From positions 1 to 64,000 of the forward strand of contig CAVXZB010000073.1 of the NCBI GenBank assembly GCA_963765895.1: DNA of 64,000 bases, in the 5' to 3' direction. This document shows positions 12,763 to 24,738 of this stretch, in pieces. The notes under the pieces were generated by a model that saw only the letters and a list, made by a program, of their open reading frames with translations, was not told the DNA's origin and made no database searches. Numbering within the stretch: the first letter of the stretch is position 1; every line of letters begins with the position of its first letter. The translations under genes and the position numbers were made by a program. Origin of the DNA: an uncultured Nitrososphaeraceae archaeon. Lineage in GTDB: Archaea; Thermoproteota; Nitrososphaeria; Nitrososphaerales; Nitrososphaeraceae.

Positions 12763-13116
12763 ATGTCTAAAGCCGATCTTCACCATAGGCTGGATAGTGC
12801 AAATGAAATAACACTCAGTGTTAAAGGTAGAAAATCCGGCAGAGATATTCCTCGCCCAGTCTGGTTTGTGCATGAGGGTAACACTCTGTATTTGCTTCCA
12901 GTTCAGGGCTCTGAAACCAAATGGTACAAGAATCTGCTAGTCGATCCAACATTGAAGATTTCTGTAAATGGCGTAGAAATATCTGTGGGAGGTAAACGAA
13001 TGACAGACAGTGATAGGGTTGATGATGTTATTCAGAAATTCAGGTCTAAATATGGCGAAGGGGAGGTAAAAAAGTATTATAGTAAATTTGATGTGACAGT
13101 TGAGGTTTTGCTCTGA
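12763..13116 (+). CDS. deazaflavin (F420)-dependent nitroreductase-family protein (Ddn-like)
   Basis: GRKSG..PVWF..WYKNLLVDP. Confidence 0.8.
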   Translation: MSKADLHHRLDSANEITLSVKGRKSGRDIPRPVWFVHEGNTLYLLPVQGSETKWYKNLLVDPTLKISVNGVEISVGGKRMTDSDRVDDVIQKFRSKYGEGEVKKYYSKFDVTVEVLL

Positions 13117-13248
13117 CAGCTCTTATCAGAAACCTCTTAGGTTGTGAATTATGTTGTTCAGTCATATGTCTGTGATTCTGAATATTTTTGACGCTTAACC
13201 AATAAAGGAAAATAAAGTTAACAAAAAAAGAATATCATGATGACATCA

Positions 13249-14010
13249 TCACACCGTCTGGCCTCCATCAACGATCATGGTATGTCCGGTGACGAAGGAA
13301 GCCACATCCGAACATAACCAGATGACTGCTGGGGCGATCTCTTCGGGCTGACCCATCCTTCCAACCGGTTCCTGTGAGATCATTGCTTGGCGGCCTTCAG
13401 GAAAGCCCCCGCTGAAGCGTTGGATCATCTGGGTGTCAATCATCCCGGGGGCCACGGCGTTGATGCGAATATTTGACTGGGCGTAGTCGAGGGCAGCTGC
13501 CTTGGTCAGGCCGATCACACCGTGCTTGGCGGCACCGTATGCGGCCTCCTCCTTGAATCCTTTGACACCGGCGCCAGAAGAGGTATTTACGATGGCGCCG
13601 CCTCCTTGCTTGAGCATTAGCGGAATTTCGTGTTTTAAGCACAGGAATACGCCGCGCAGGTCAGTATCGACCACACGATCCCACTCTTCGACTGCAAGTT
13701 CCGCTGTCAGTGCCAGCTTCTGTTCTACACCTGCATTATTGAAGGCGAAGTCAAGTCGCCCGAAGGTTTCGATGGCCTGTCCAAGACAGTTCTTCACATC
13801 TTCTGTTTGTGTTAACATCACACTTGACTGCGAGCGCCCGTCCGCTTGCCTCTTTGACCATCCGGGTCGTTTCGTGGTTCCCTTGCTCTGAAATATCGGC
13901 GACAACAACGCTAGCGCCTCCACGTGCAAAAGCAACCGCAGTGGCTCTACCAATGCCACTTGCTGCTCCGGTCACAAATGCAACTTTCCTTCGAAGTTAT
14001 TACTCTTCAT
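13249..14010 (-). CDS. SDR oxidoreductase, frameshifted, GC-rich
   Basis: [13 protein letters not shown] and YGAAKHG. Confidence 0.9.
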
Positions 14011-14138
14011 AATCTCACTTTCCTACGTTTTTATAATTGATTTTGGTTATCCTGCATTGCTCGTCGTTAACCTTTTCCATCCAGTCTGCCACATAGCCAC
14101 AGGGTTGTTCCTGAATAGCCATCGTTTGTCATGCCTAG

Positions 14139-14656
14139 TTAATGTGATTTGAGCGAAGCCATATCAATAGAAAAGCGATACTTTACATCCGCATGGGAAA
14201 GTCTCTCATAAGCATCGTTGACCTTCTCGATTGGAATAACTTCCACATCAGCGGTGATGTTATTTTTGCCGCAAAAGTCAAGCATCTCCTGCGTTTCGGC
14301 AATACCCCCGATGTTCGAGCCCGAGAGGCTGCAGACGCTTCAATATCAGACTAAAGGCCGCTACTGCATGAGGCTTGTCTGGTGCGCCAACGAGAGTCAT
14401 GTTACCATCGCGGCAGAGTAATCGTAGGTATGAGTTAATGTCGTGTTCGGCTGAAACAGCATCGAGAATGAAGTCAAAGCTGCCTTCATGCTTGCTCATC
14501 TGATCGGTATTTCGCGAAATAACCACCTCATCTGCACCTAGTCGTAGCGCGTCGTGGAATGGTGATTGGGGCAAGTGGCGATTTAGCATTTGCAGCAGCA
14601 TAAGTCTTCGCTTTATACCGACTACATTCTTCAGAGCTAAATTGCGTGGTTGTCAT
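14139..14656 (-). pseudogene. Zn-dependent NADP alcohol dehydrogenase (YahK/AdhC-like) with large internal deletion
   Basis: N-terminal YAAANAKSPLAPITIPRR joined directly to C-terminal DALRLGADEVV...FDFILD...[10 protein letters not shown]. Confidence 0.8.
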
Positions 14657-15109
14657 GGCAGTCTCAGTGTGATATGATATAAAGCCATTTATGAACATGC
14701 AGTTGGGTAGAAGACGGTAATCGCAGCAATGAATCATCAATATTACTGTATTACAAAGCAAAAATTATGAAAAATGGGCTTTTCAAAAGGAACACTTCTT
14801 GTGTAAACAAAGTTCAAGAATGATAAGCTGCGAAATGATACTTAATACACCTAATGCAGAAAAAATCTGGATATCGGTAGCAGAATTGTGGGGATTTGAA
14901 AATCCTGACACACTCACAATAGACACTTCAAGAATAAGGCAAACAATTAGAGCTGATACTACTCCAAAAACAATCCAATAGTTGGACATCATTTTTATAA
15001 ATTTCATTCTTCGACAGAGTCACCGATCAGAGTCATTCGAAAGTCTGGCATACTAAGGTAGATTACGGTGTTTTGAACGTTGCGTTCTCATTGCATCGGA
15101 GCCGAAGCG

Positions 15110-15970
15110 TCGAAGAATAAAGAAAGAAAAAGAGGTTGTTTTCCACCGAGGTGAATGATATGAAATATAATAGATACCGGGAGCCTAAATCTTTCCAGAT
15201 ATCCATATGCTGTCCGCGAAATGCCGGCGAACATATAGACATACCCCTAGGTTATTCTAGCTATCCTGAATATAACTCTGCTATAAGCAACCCGTTACTG
15301 TTATGTAGAAATTTGCTATCTTGCTAGCTACCTATACACTATGCCACCTATCTGCTACTTATTATCTAATTTACCTACTGATTCCTTGAGGATCCGATAA
15401 TGATCCAGGAGAACTGACATAAATATCGGCTGTTCACTATATTGTCAGGAAGCCGGCGAATGCAGCTGGGCCATTCTGCTTGATTCTGAAAGGAGCATAC
15501 CAATATATCTTGGATCACTTCAAAAGAAGGAATTGATAAGGGAAGTGGAGTGTGTTAACAGCTTGTTTTCTACCTAGCATTCGAGAGACAGAAATCGAGA
15601 GCCAATTAAAGTTGGTCTACATGCTATCACCGGATATAAGCAAGAAGCTTCCTATTTGTCAATGTTGAAAGGTATCGATGGATGGCAATCTATTCTTCGT
15701 AATTCAAACCGAGGGGTTAGCATAAATCGTAACGCTACCAGAAGAAATTTCAATATAATTTGCGGTAACACCTATAATAAAGATAATGTAGGTCACTTGA
15801 ATATTGTATTCGATGCCCGCTGGCTTTGACCTAGACTTCTGATGTTACAGCGGTCAGCTTACTAAAAATGAATCTAACAAGAGTATCCTAGCCGGCGAAC
15901 AAATCAAGAAATATTGAAGCCTCGTAAATCATCTCATAATGGTGGTCAGTGGTCAATTACTAGATTCATG
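15110..15970. repeat. dispersed repeat R1, longest copy (three GCCGGCGAA sites)
   Basis: Aligns with 22590-22680 plus 23110-23750, with 10440-10720, and at its 3' end with 9222-9380. Confidence 0.8.
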
Positions 15971-16024
15971 CACTAATCCAAAGTAATCAAGTCAAATAAA
16001 TAACCAAACAAATAAAGGATTTGC

Positions 16025-16682
16025 CTACACTACATTGAAGGCTTTTTGTAACTTTGAATCGTAATTGTCTTTTTTGATTTCTAGATTGGTATTATAAATT
16101 CCACTGTTTGATCGAGGTCCTATTTGTACAGTAAATGTCGTGTGTCCATCCTTATCCGTATATGCCGTTTGAGTAGTTGTTGTTGTTGTTTTGTCTATGG
16201 ATGGATTGAAATTCGGTGGTTCTATGGTCAGTAGAACAAGTACATCGGAGACAGGTTGATCCGTATATTTATCTCTAACAGTTACACTCATGTAAGTTGT
16301 ATCACCTACTTTTACAGGGTCTTTTATTACTGAATAATCGATACTATAGTGATTTGGGTTATTTGAAGACTTGCAGTTAACTATTCCACTAAACAGAGGT
16401 GCAAACTTTCCTCCAGCAATATTATCAACAGTATTACAAAAGCCCTTTCCATCTGAGGATATACTATTTTTACCATCAAAGGCAGGCTGCTTTTCCATTT
16501 CCAGAAGTATCAATATCCACATCAGCTCTGGCAGTTTGAATGATAGTAGGTAAGAGTGATAGTGGTGATGATGATGAAATTGCAGGAAGTATTGAATAAT
16601 TAGATAATAATACCGAAGGTGATGTTATAGTCAAGACTACAAGTAGACAATAATAATGATAAATTTAGATTCCCTTTTCATA
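16025..16682 (-). CDS. secreted Ig-like domain protein, frameshifted
   Basis: Hydrophobic leader at 16560-16680; VTVRDKYTDQPV and AYTDKDGHTTF. Confidence 0.55.
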
Positions 16683-16789
16683 TATCCACTACCTTCTTTA
16701 TTATATACACGTTTATACATACTCATCTATCTCTTTAAAATTAGTTGATTTGAAAAAATATGATTGTATCTTTCCATACTATTCCTAAT

Positions 16790-17168
16790 CCTGCTCACAA
16801 ACACCAACCAATCATCTGCCACCGGCTCCTGCCGCTGTCTGCACTGCCACCGGCTGGCTTGCAGATGACTGCTGCGCTATCGCCAGCTCGCTGCCGCTGC
16901 TGCTGCACTGCCACCGGCTGCCTGCAGATGATGCTGCCACTGCCACCGGCTGTTACAGATGATGCTGCGCTATCGCCAGCTGCGCTGCTGCTGCGGCTGC
17001 GCCATGACTACCATGATGATGTTTATTATTATTATTATGATGACCGTAGTTGTAGTGGTGATGGTTTCTGTGTGCGAACACGGACTGCTGATCTGACATT
17101 GTTGTAGTAATTAGTCCTAGAGCTATTGTCGCTATTGCTATTCCTGATATAACATGACTTAGATTCAT
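16790..17168 (-). CDS. secreted His/Asn- then Ala/Gly/Ser-repeat protein, frameshifted
   Basis: Signal peptide; imperfect tandem units GCTGCGCTATCGCCAGCT and CACTGCCACCGGCT. Confidence 0.55.
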
Positions 17169-17424
17169 ATCTACGCAATGTATAATAGATTTGAGTATAC
17201 TAAGATTATGAACATAAATTACAACTTCTTGATCTGTAATTATTGTCTATAAGATATTTGGTGCAGTTTTTTCTCTATATGAACCGGATGAGCAATAATG
17301 CAACCTTACTTATGGCAGTAATCGCAATGAGCCTCATTGTGATTATCCTAATCCACTCCAAGTGTTATGTAAAGACTTTAGAGTATATGTCCTACCAGTA
17401 TACAATAGCGAACATGGCTTTACG

Positions 17425-18077
17425 TATCCATAGACTATCTTAGTTTATGGGAATTGCATACAAGTTAAAAATATTGTTGCTATATTTATCTGCATAGGCA
17501 AATAATAATCCTGTCTATGATGTTGGAATAGCCTGATATAACTAACCTGATTCATTAATCCGCCTGCCAATATAGCTGGTCTGGATAGACCTTATACTTC
17601 AGGCAGTTAGGCCACATAGAATATCATAGACAGAAGGCCGGCCGTTATAGAATTCAGCAGTCTTAGGGGATCCACATCCTACCTATGACATACACTGAAT
17701 TCATTTAACGTCCGTGTGCATAACTGAATAGTTAGTATGCATTTATCAATATTATACGTTATAGAATACAATTATTCAAGTTAATAATGTACTGTCATTA
17801 TCTATAATTTATCTCTATTTTCTTTATGAAAATACCGCTACATTCAATCTCCGCGGTATTGTTGATAGGAAACTCCAACGCTTTCATATCAATGACTTGT
17901 CCAATCTCTTATGCTCGATATAGCATATTTATGATAGTCATTATTGCCGGCATACTCAACCTCATAAAGGTTCTCTATAAGAGATCAAATCAGATCCGAC
18001 AACCATGCAAGACAAGATCCGTATATGTGAGACAACATGATTATAATATCAAATCGATATTACTTGTAAAAAAGACA
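17425..18077. repeat. direct repeat R2, copy 1
   Basis: Nearly identical to 27676-28325 from 17501 onward. Confidence 0.95.
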
Positions 18078-18142
18078 ATATACCGTTCGTTCCCAGAAGT
18101 CAATAACAGACAATTTACTGATGTATAGTATATTATATCTAA

Positions 18143-18162
18143 GCTATATATAGCGCCAAGAG
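18143..18162. promoter_or_regulatory. GCTATATATAGCGCCAAGAG site, copy 2
   Basis: Exact match to 9616-9635. Confidence 0.65.
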
Positions 18163-18603
18163 AATTTTAAACAGTTTGGTTTGGTTGCCGGTTTTATGGC
18201 TGCATGAGATATTCGCCAGTTTTCCGGCAAACGATAAAATAAAAAATAGATGACCGCCACCTGAAGGTACATACAAAGCAAAGAAGAAGCCTAAGGAATT
18301 TCATGAATGTATTGTTCAAATGAGTAAATTTCCGTGCGAAAGACATGGACAACGGGACCAAAATCCGGCAATCAAGCAGCATTCGAATAGAAATAGAAGA
18401 AATAAAGAAAAATGAAATAATGAAGTTATAGTCAACGTTTATCAGGATCATATTCAAAGTCATATTCGGCAATACGTATCGTGGTTTTGGCCGGCTAAAT
18501 AATCATCTGCTGCTGGTTGTGTAATCATATGGTATGTTCATTGGACTCCGACATATCACATTTCATTATCTTTATTTCAATCATGATGTATCTACCTTTA
18601 TCC

Positions 18604-19340
18604 ATGTCAAAAAAATTAGAGAACAGAGTCGCTGTCATTACCGGAGCTACCAGCGGTATGGCGCTTGCTACCGCTAAATTATTCGTCGAGGAAGGTGCTT
18701 ATGTCTTCGTCACTGGCCGCAGCCAAGAAAGGCTCGATAAAGCAATCAAAGAAATCGGCAAGAATGTCACAGGCATTCGGGGCGATGCCGGCAATCTTTC
18801 CGACCTCGATCTGCTATTTGAGATAGTCAAAAAGGAGAAGGGCCGTCTCGACATCCTCTTTGCGAGTGCTGGCGTTGCCGAGCTCAGCAAGCCGTTTGGC
18901 TCCATTACCGAGAAGAGTTTTGATGATACGTTTAACGTCAACGTTCGTGGCACTCTATTTACCGTGCAAAAGGCTATATGCCGCTCATGAAGGATGGCGG
19001 GTCAATCATTCTGAATAGTTCTATTGCCGGAGTGAAGGGATATCCAGGCACCACCGTCTACAGCGCCAGCAAAGCGGCCATACGTTCTTTCGCCCGAACT
19101 TGGACTGCCGAGCTCAAAGGAAAGATTAGGATCAATGTCATCAGTCCAGGTCCAATAGATACGGCGATATTCGACGGCGCTTATCAAGAAATCAAGGATG
19201 GTTTAGCCTCCATTGTCCCGATGGGTCGAATGGGTCAACCGCCAGAGATTGCAACTGCTGCGCTCTTTTTGGCATCTGATGATTCCAGCTTTGTTACCGG
19301 AATTGAGCTATGCGTCGACGGCGGCGCAGCGCAGGTCTAA
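18604..19340 (+). pseudogene. SDR oxidoreductase copy A, frameshift near 18975
   Basis: TGATSGMA and YSASKAA; near-identical to 33276-34012 including the frameshift. Confidence 0.9.
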
Positions 19341-19574
19341 TTTGAAATAGAAAGCACTAGTCTAACTTCAGGGAATTATTCCATTTTCATCCTGCACTAG
19401 TAGTCGAAATTGATTCTGGTCCCAGTCTACGCTGGCTAGTAAGCCAAGAGAGATACCAACTCCCATGAACTGCGCTATCCAATATTGGCTAAGCAATGGA
19501 TTTCAGATATAAAATCGATAGAAAGTGTGATACTGCATGTAGGTAAAACTTGAACTTAATACGCCAAAACCAAG

Positions 19575-19790
19575 AAAAAACATTGTGGATTTCTAGGACT
19601 ACTATGCCTAGGAGATAAAATCCATGGTCTCTCCGGTAGTCCTATACTAAACCCGACACTATCTCCAAAACTGATACCTTTATCAGCCTAAATTAAGTAA
19701 ATAAAATAAAAAAAGATTATGGACAGCTAAACGTTGCTTGGTCTCCGTCACTACCACCACCACCACCGGCCGCACAGAATCCACTATTGA
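19575..19790. repeat. repeat D: converging 3' ends of two decayed genes
   Basis: Homologous to 10760-10980: KHCGFLGLLCL on + and GSDxDxATFxCP-stop on -. Confidence 0.7.
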
Positions 19791-19984
19791 ACAAGTGGAT
19801 AGTGGGAGGCAGCAGTCATTTACTGGTCCTCCAGCAACGCGTTAACATGCTCTAACGTTGGTATGAAATTTCATAGTAATGTAGGTGTAGAATAAACTTG
19901 GGCATGGAACACAGAATAAACAAATAACTGCTTACGCTCAAAAGTTGAGACTCATAATATGTTGTTACGTTTGTATAATTAGAT

Positions 19985-20098
19985 TCACAATTTTATATTC
20001 TCAAGCTCTTTGTAACACTCATTACAAACAGTCTCATTTTCCTTTGATGTAAACAATTTGCCACATGATGAACACTTTATTGCATGTTCTTCATACAT
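19985..20098 (-). CDS. 37-aa zinc-ribbon microprotein
   Basis: MYEEHAIKCSSCGKLFTSKENETVCNECYKELENIKL; below the ORF cutoff. Confidence 0.6.
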   Translation of the reverse strand: MYEEHAIKCSSCGKLFTSKENETVCNECYKELENIKL

Positions 20099-20718
20099 GT
20101 CTTTATATCATTTACAACAAATTATTAAAACAATTACTATCTTGTAATTTTTGTCAAGCGGATAATACACTTTCAGATTTAGGCGATGCCTCGAGACTTG
20201 ATCACGGTAATTAATAAAAATTACTAAAAAATTGATAGCCAAAGTATCCGAATGTGAAAGTTGCAATAGCAAAGACAATGGTTGTACTGGTGGTTCAATT
20301 TCTGGGCAGCCACAGGCAAGACACTTGCAGAATCCTCCTGCTTCTCTCCTGTGTCACAGGGCATACTTACTACACCTGACTATAGTGGCCTCATTTACGA
20401 CTTTGACGGTCATATAATGTCCCTACAGGTAGCACCAAAACCAAAACCCACAACTTCAAATGCAACATCAATAACGGCATCAACACCATCATCTGCATCT
20501 ACTGGTAGGGATTCATTGACTAGATGGCTAGCGAGCCTGTTTGATTCTAGTGAGTCTTACAAACCCTACTTTTTTGAACTGTTGAAACGATCTCTTTTCA
20601 CTAGAACAAAGCGTGATTACCCGACACGAAACATTGGTATTATGGAGTACATAAGGCAAATTTGACATGTTTTTTTAAATAGTGGCCATACTGCATATAG
20701 AGATGTAAACAAACAAGA

Positions 20719-21171
20719 TTGATGACTGATGATACATATCCTAAAACTATAATCAATACAGCTAGAGTAGCTAGGCTAGCAACGGTCGATTTAGAATGCA
20801 AACCACATCTGGTACCAGTTGTATTTGTATATGATAATGATCATGATTTTTACTTTATACCAATAGATGAGAAGACTAAGCGATCCAGACCTGAAAATCT
20901 AAAAAGAGTAAGGAACATAAAAGAAAATCCAAATGTTGCATTATTGATAGATGAATACAATGAGGACTGGACAAAACTTTATTTCATTATGATTCAAGGA
21001 AAAGCTTCTATAATAGGAGGTAAAAAAAAATTAGATCAAAATGAAATGTCATTTTTAAAAAAAGCTCACAAATCATTGCGCAATAAATATCCTCAGTACC
21101 AAGAAAATCGGTGTTGGGGAACATGTTATAATGATTATGCCACAAAAAGTGATAGCTTGGAAGAACGATAA
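20719..21171 (+). CDS. PPOX-class F420-dependent enzyme (Rv0121-like)
   Basis: RVARLATVD..PHLVPVVF..LKRVRNIKENPNVALLIDEYNEDW. Confidence 0.85.
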   Translation: MMTDDTYPKTIINTARVARLATVDLECKPHLVPVVFVYDNDHDFYFIPIDEKTKRSRPENLKRVRNIKENPNVALLIDEYNEDWTKLYFIMIQGKASIIGGKKKLDQNEMSFLKKAHKSLRNKYPQYQENRCWGTCYNDYATKSDSLEER

Positions 21172-21213
21172 AGTAAATGGTTAATTAATATCCAATACAT
21201 ATCCATATGTTTA

Positions 21214-22161
21214 TTATCTAGCAAGCCTGGCAAGCTGTTTTGTTATATCTAACATATTGTCAAGATCTCTTCCTGTAGGAATAAAGTTATATCCAAATAC
21301 GATATGATCCACTCCAATCTGTTTTATTCTCTCAATATCACTTCCTACCTGATCAATTGTTCCAGTTAATGGGAATCTTTGGCCTTGACTTGTTGTCCCT
21401 GATTGGTTTTTTGAATTAATGTCTACGTTAGGATATGTTAGAAGAATTACTCTAAACCTATTTGGATCCTTGTTTGCTTTATTTGCTATATTCTGTATAG
21501 TCTTTATAGTATTATCAAGGTATTCAAGAGGTCCGCCAATAAGACCCAGCCAGCCATTTGTGTCGTAATTTACAATTCTAGAGTATGTGTTTGGGCTAAA
21601 TCCTCCCATATAAATTGGAGGATGTGGCTTTTGGACAGGTTTAGGTCCTATTTTTGATGCAGGTATATTGTAATATTTGCCTTTAAACTCAACGACATCA
21701 TCTGTCCATATTCTTTTTAGTACTTGAAGAAACTCATTGGCTCTCTCACCTTTGTCTTTAAAGGGCATATTAGATGCTTGGTATTCATCCTTTGACCATC
21801 CAATACCAAGTCCTGCTATAGCTCTTCCTTCTGATAAGAGATCAAGTGTAGCAAATCTTCTTGCCAATATAACAGGACTATGAAAGAGTATATCCATTAC
21901 AGACGTTCCTAATGCGATTTTGTTTGTTTTTGCAGCTACATAGGTGAGTGTCTCTAATGGATCTAGTATTATTTGATATTCATTAGGAAGGCTTCCGTCT
22001 GGTGTGGCAGGATATGGTGTTTGTGGATTTATAGGCCAAAGAAGTCTTTCAAAGACCCATAATGAATCAAAGCCTTCACTTTCAGCATTCTGTGCCATAT
22101 GTATTACATTTTCTCTTGTAGCCTGCTGGCCAGCTTGTGGTAGTGTGATACCTACTTTCAA
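21214..22161 (-). CDS. LLM-class F420-dependent oxidoreductase
   Basis: Intact 315 aa; DPLETLTYVAA, ATLDLLSEGR and PKPVQKPHPPIYMGG. Confidence 0.9.
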   Translation of the reverse strand: MKVGITLPQAGQQATRENVIHMAQNAESEGFDSLWVFERLLWPINPQTPYPATPDGSLPNEYQIILDPLETLTYVAAKTNKIALGTSVMDILFHSPVILARRFATLDLLSEGRAIAGLGIGWSKDEYQASNMPFKDKGERANEFLQVLKRIWTDDVVEFKGKYYNIPASKIGPKPVQKPHPPIYMGGFSPNTYSRIVNYDTNGWLGLIGGPLEYLDNTIKTIQNIANKANKDPNRFRVILLTYPNVDINSKNQSGTTSQGQRFPLTGTIDQVGSDIERIKQIGVDHIVFGYNFIPTGRDLDNMLDITKQLARLAR

Positions 22162-22589
22162 GGTATTTTTCAGATTCTATTACTTCTATTTAAAAGATAG
22201 CATCTCTAGTAGGCGCATTGAATAATAATTCCAGCTCTCACTAATTTCGAATTCTTGAATAACTCCACTTGGAAGCTTTTCTCTGTTATCAGGTGAGGGT
22301 TTCCAAGATATCAAATGCACGATTTATTATTGAGTCAAGTGTAACAAGACAAATCTGGTACCGTTCTGATAAATGATCTGCGACATACCCTTTGATAGAC
22401 TCAGCCTGCAGCGAAATATTGCACATCAGAATTGATTGATTGATTGATTTGAAACTTGGCAGCTCTCGTGCTATTTCTATTTGACTTTCTCTAGCTCACA
22501 TTTCTACTACCTTTGAGCTAGAACCTATACAAAGTATGTTACCTCTTGTTGGTCCAAAGACATGCCAGGATGCCAAAGCTATAGCTTAG

Positions 22590-23750
22590 AATAATAAAGA
22601 AAAGGAAGCGGATTAGAAGAGTTGTTGTTTTCCGTCGGCACAAATGGTATGAAAATGCAATAGAAGCCGGCGAGGTTAACGATATAGGATACAATGACCG
22701 TAGCGTAGTAATTTACTGCTGGGCAGTATTGCTCTAGATGGAAATGGAGGCAATGGTAGATTCTTGGTAGATGGCACTGGCTTTGGTAACTAAAAATTAA
22801 GTATACTTAGTTTAATTATACATATATTCATCTGTGTCTACTTGGTAGACGGCTCGCTCCTTAATTCTGTGACATGGATGGCACAATCGCCGCATATTTC
22901 TAACTGTTGATTCACCTGATAATGCCCACGGGACAATGTGATCTACAAAGTTCGCTATCAAGAAAGTATTGATGACAAAAGTATTGATGACAATAAGCAC
23001 ATCAAGGGGTTATGCATCTCGATTGATTGCTTGTGTCCATTGTAATACCTGCATTCTCAAGATTTGTGTTTTACTAAATGAAAATATTGCACCTTTACCA
23101 CTATAGTAGCTATAGATCGCCCGGCCAGCGTAAATCTTTCTAGATATCTACACGATGTCCGATAATTGCCGGCGAACATAATAGACATACACCATCAGTT
23201 ATTCCAACTTTCCTTGAATCTAGCTGCAGTACAAGCATTCACTAATTCTAGTGTCATCGCTTGCTTGTTATGACTTCAATAAATGTCGGTATTCTGACTG
23301 CAGTTATGCTCTTCACTTCATTGTCAGGAAGCCGGCGAAATCCAGCGAGATAGTCCTATGCGATTCTGAAAGAAGTATGCCAAATATTTCCTAGAACTAC
23401 CGCACAAGAAGGAACTCAGATAGGTGGAGTGTGTTAACACCATGATTTCTGTCTAACAATCGAGATACAGAGGTAGAGCAGCTAAAAGTGTGGGACACGC
23501 TATCATCGGATATAAGCAAGAAGCCCTCCAATTGGTCATGTTGAATGGTATCAATTGATGGCATCTGTTCTTCGTAATTCAAACGAGGTTAGCCTAAGTT
23601 ATAACGCTGATAAGGAGATTCCGATATAATTTGTTGTAATACCGATAACAAGGATAACGCTGGTCACCTTGTTGTATTTGATGCTCGCCGGCTTTAGGCC
23701 AAGGTTCCTGGTGTTATACCGACCGACTTGCTGAATCTAGCAGGACTGTC
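22590..23750. repeat. dispersed repeat R1 copy with about 450-bp insertion (22680-23111)
   Basis: Both flanks align to contiguous sequence at 15110-15890. Confidence 0.75.
22812..23000 (-). pseudogene. HNH endonuclease fragment
   Basis: VDHIVPWALSGESTVRNMRRLCHPCH. Confidence 0.75.
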
Positions 23751-23964
23751 CAAGTTAAGTTGTAGCAAAAACTCTTAAAGACTTGACCATCTGTCTATTT
23801 ATGGTCTAAATTTCAGCGAGTTGACTACAGACCATACACATATTGTTATTTGCAAAAAATGTATATGTCAATTACTGTTCAAACAGTCATTGTTAGGTAC
23901 TAAACCAGCGCCAAATTGTAGCTAAGCCCTATATGTTGATATTACATTAAGTTTTTGATTTGGT

Positions 23965-24396
23965 CTAGTCTGTTTCAGCATATGTTGACTTGACCGCACC
24001 AAGTTGTATTGCTGCAGTAAGTGCGTCAACTACAACCCATCCCTCCTTGATCTTGTTATCTTGAAAATGGAAAATGTTCATTCCTACAGTTTCAAATTTC
24101 TTATTAGTAGCCGGAATGCCACGAAATTCCTTTTCTTGAGTACCTTCTACAATAAAAGCTGAAGCAACTTTACCAGATTCTTCTATGCTATCTACGATTG
24201 TAACTTGGATATCTGGAAATATGCTACGATCTGAGGAAATCCATTCATTATAAGCTTCGATTCCTTCTATATCCTGGCCACGAGCGTGGTATATGAAATC
24301 AGAAGTGACATATCTATCTGTATTTTTCAGATTCCCTTTGTTGTAAGTTTCATCAAGAAATTCGTGAACAATCCGTTTGTGTTCTGTAGAAGACAT
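23965..24396 (-). CDS. SnoaL-like ester cyclase
   Basis: FPDIQVTI, GTQEKEFRGIPATNKKF and KIKEGW. Confidence 0.85.
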   Translation of the reverse strand: MSSTEHKRIVHEFLDETYNKGNLKNTDRYVTSDFIYHARGQDIEGIEAYNEWISSDRSIFPDIQVTIVDSIEESGKVASAFIVEGTQEKEFRGIPATNKKFETVGMNIFHFQDNKIKEGWVVVDALTAAIQLGAVKSTYAETD

Positions 24397-24738
24397 ATGG
24401 ATATTTACTGGAAGTTTTAATTTAACTTTTCTACTGAGAAGGAAATGACGCAAGCACATAATGTTAATTGTTCTAGAGGCATTCGGTCTGATACAATCGA
24501 TGTTTAAGTAACCAAGTACACACGCTCTCCCTTATCAGAAATTTCAAAAGCTTCGTAAGAACATATTATAACATCTTGTGAAGTTTGTCGAGATATACTG
24601 AGTATCATTTTCCGTTAGGCAGCTTTGTCTGCACCATGACGATCAGTCATAAGTATTTCCTTAGTGACATGCAAAGATGCATTCCGTGGAATCTGTGGCT
24701 AGGTAAAAATATATAGTAATCCAAGGTATATCTAAATT

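Noticed and set aside
13436-13891. Overlapping alternative ORFs in the SDR (also 18699-18953 and 33663-33917)
   Set aside because: Antisense or off-frame ORFs typical of GC-rich genes
15545-15830. CHAP/peptidase reading of R1 (ECVN...GH)
   Set aside because: Only two short motifs in a decayed sequence whose coding strand is uncertain
17826-18128. 100-aa ORF duplicated at 28076-28375 as a conserved gene
   Set aside because: Conservation only reflects the near-identical DNA repeat; no recognisable domain and an indel near the start
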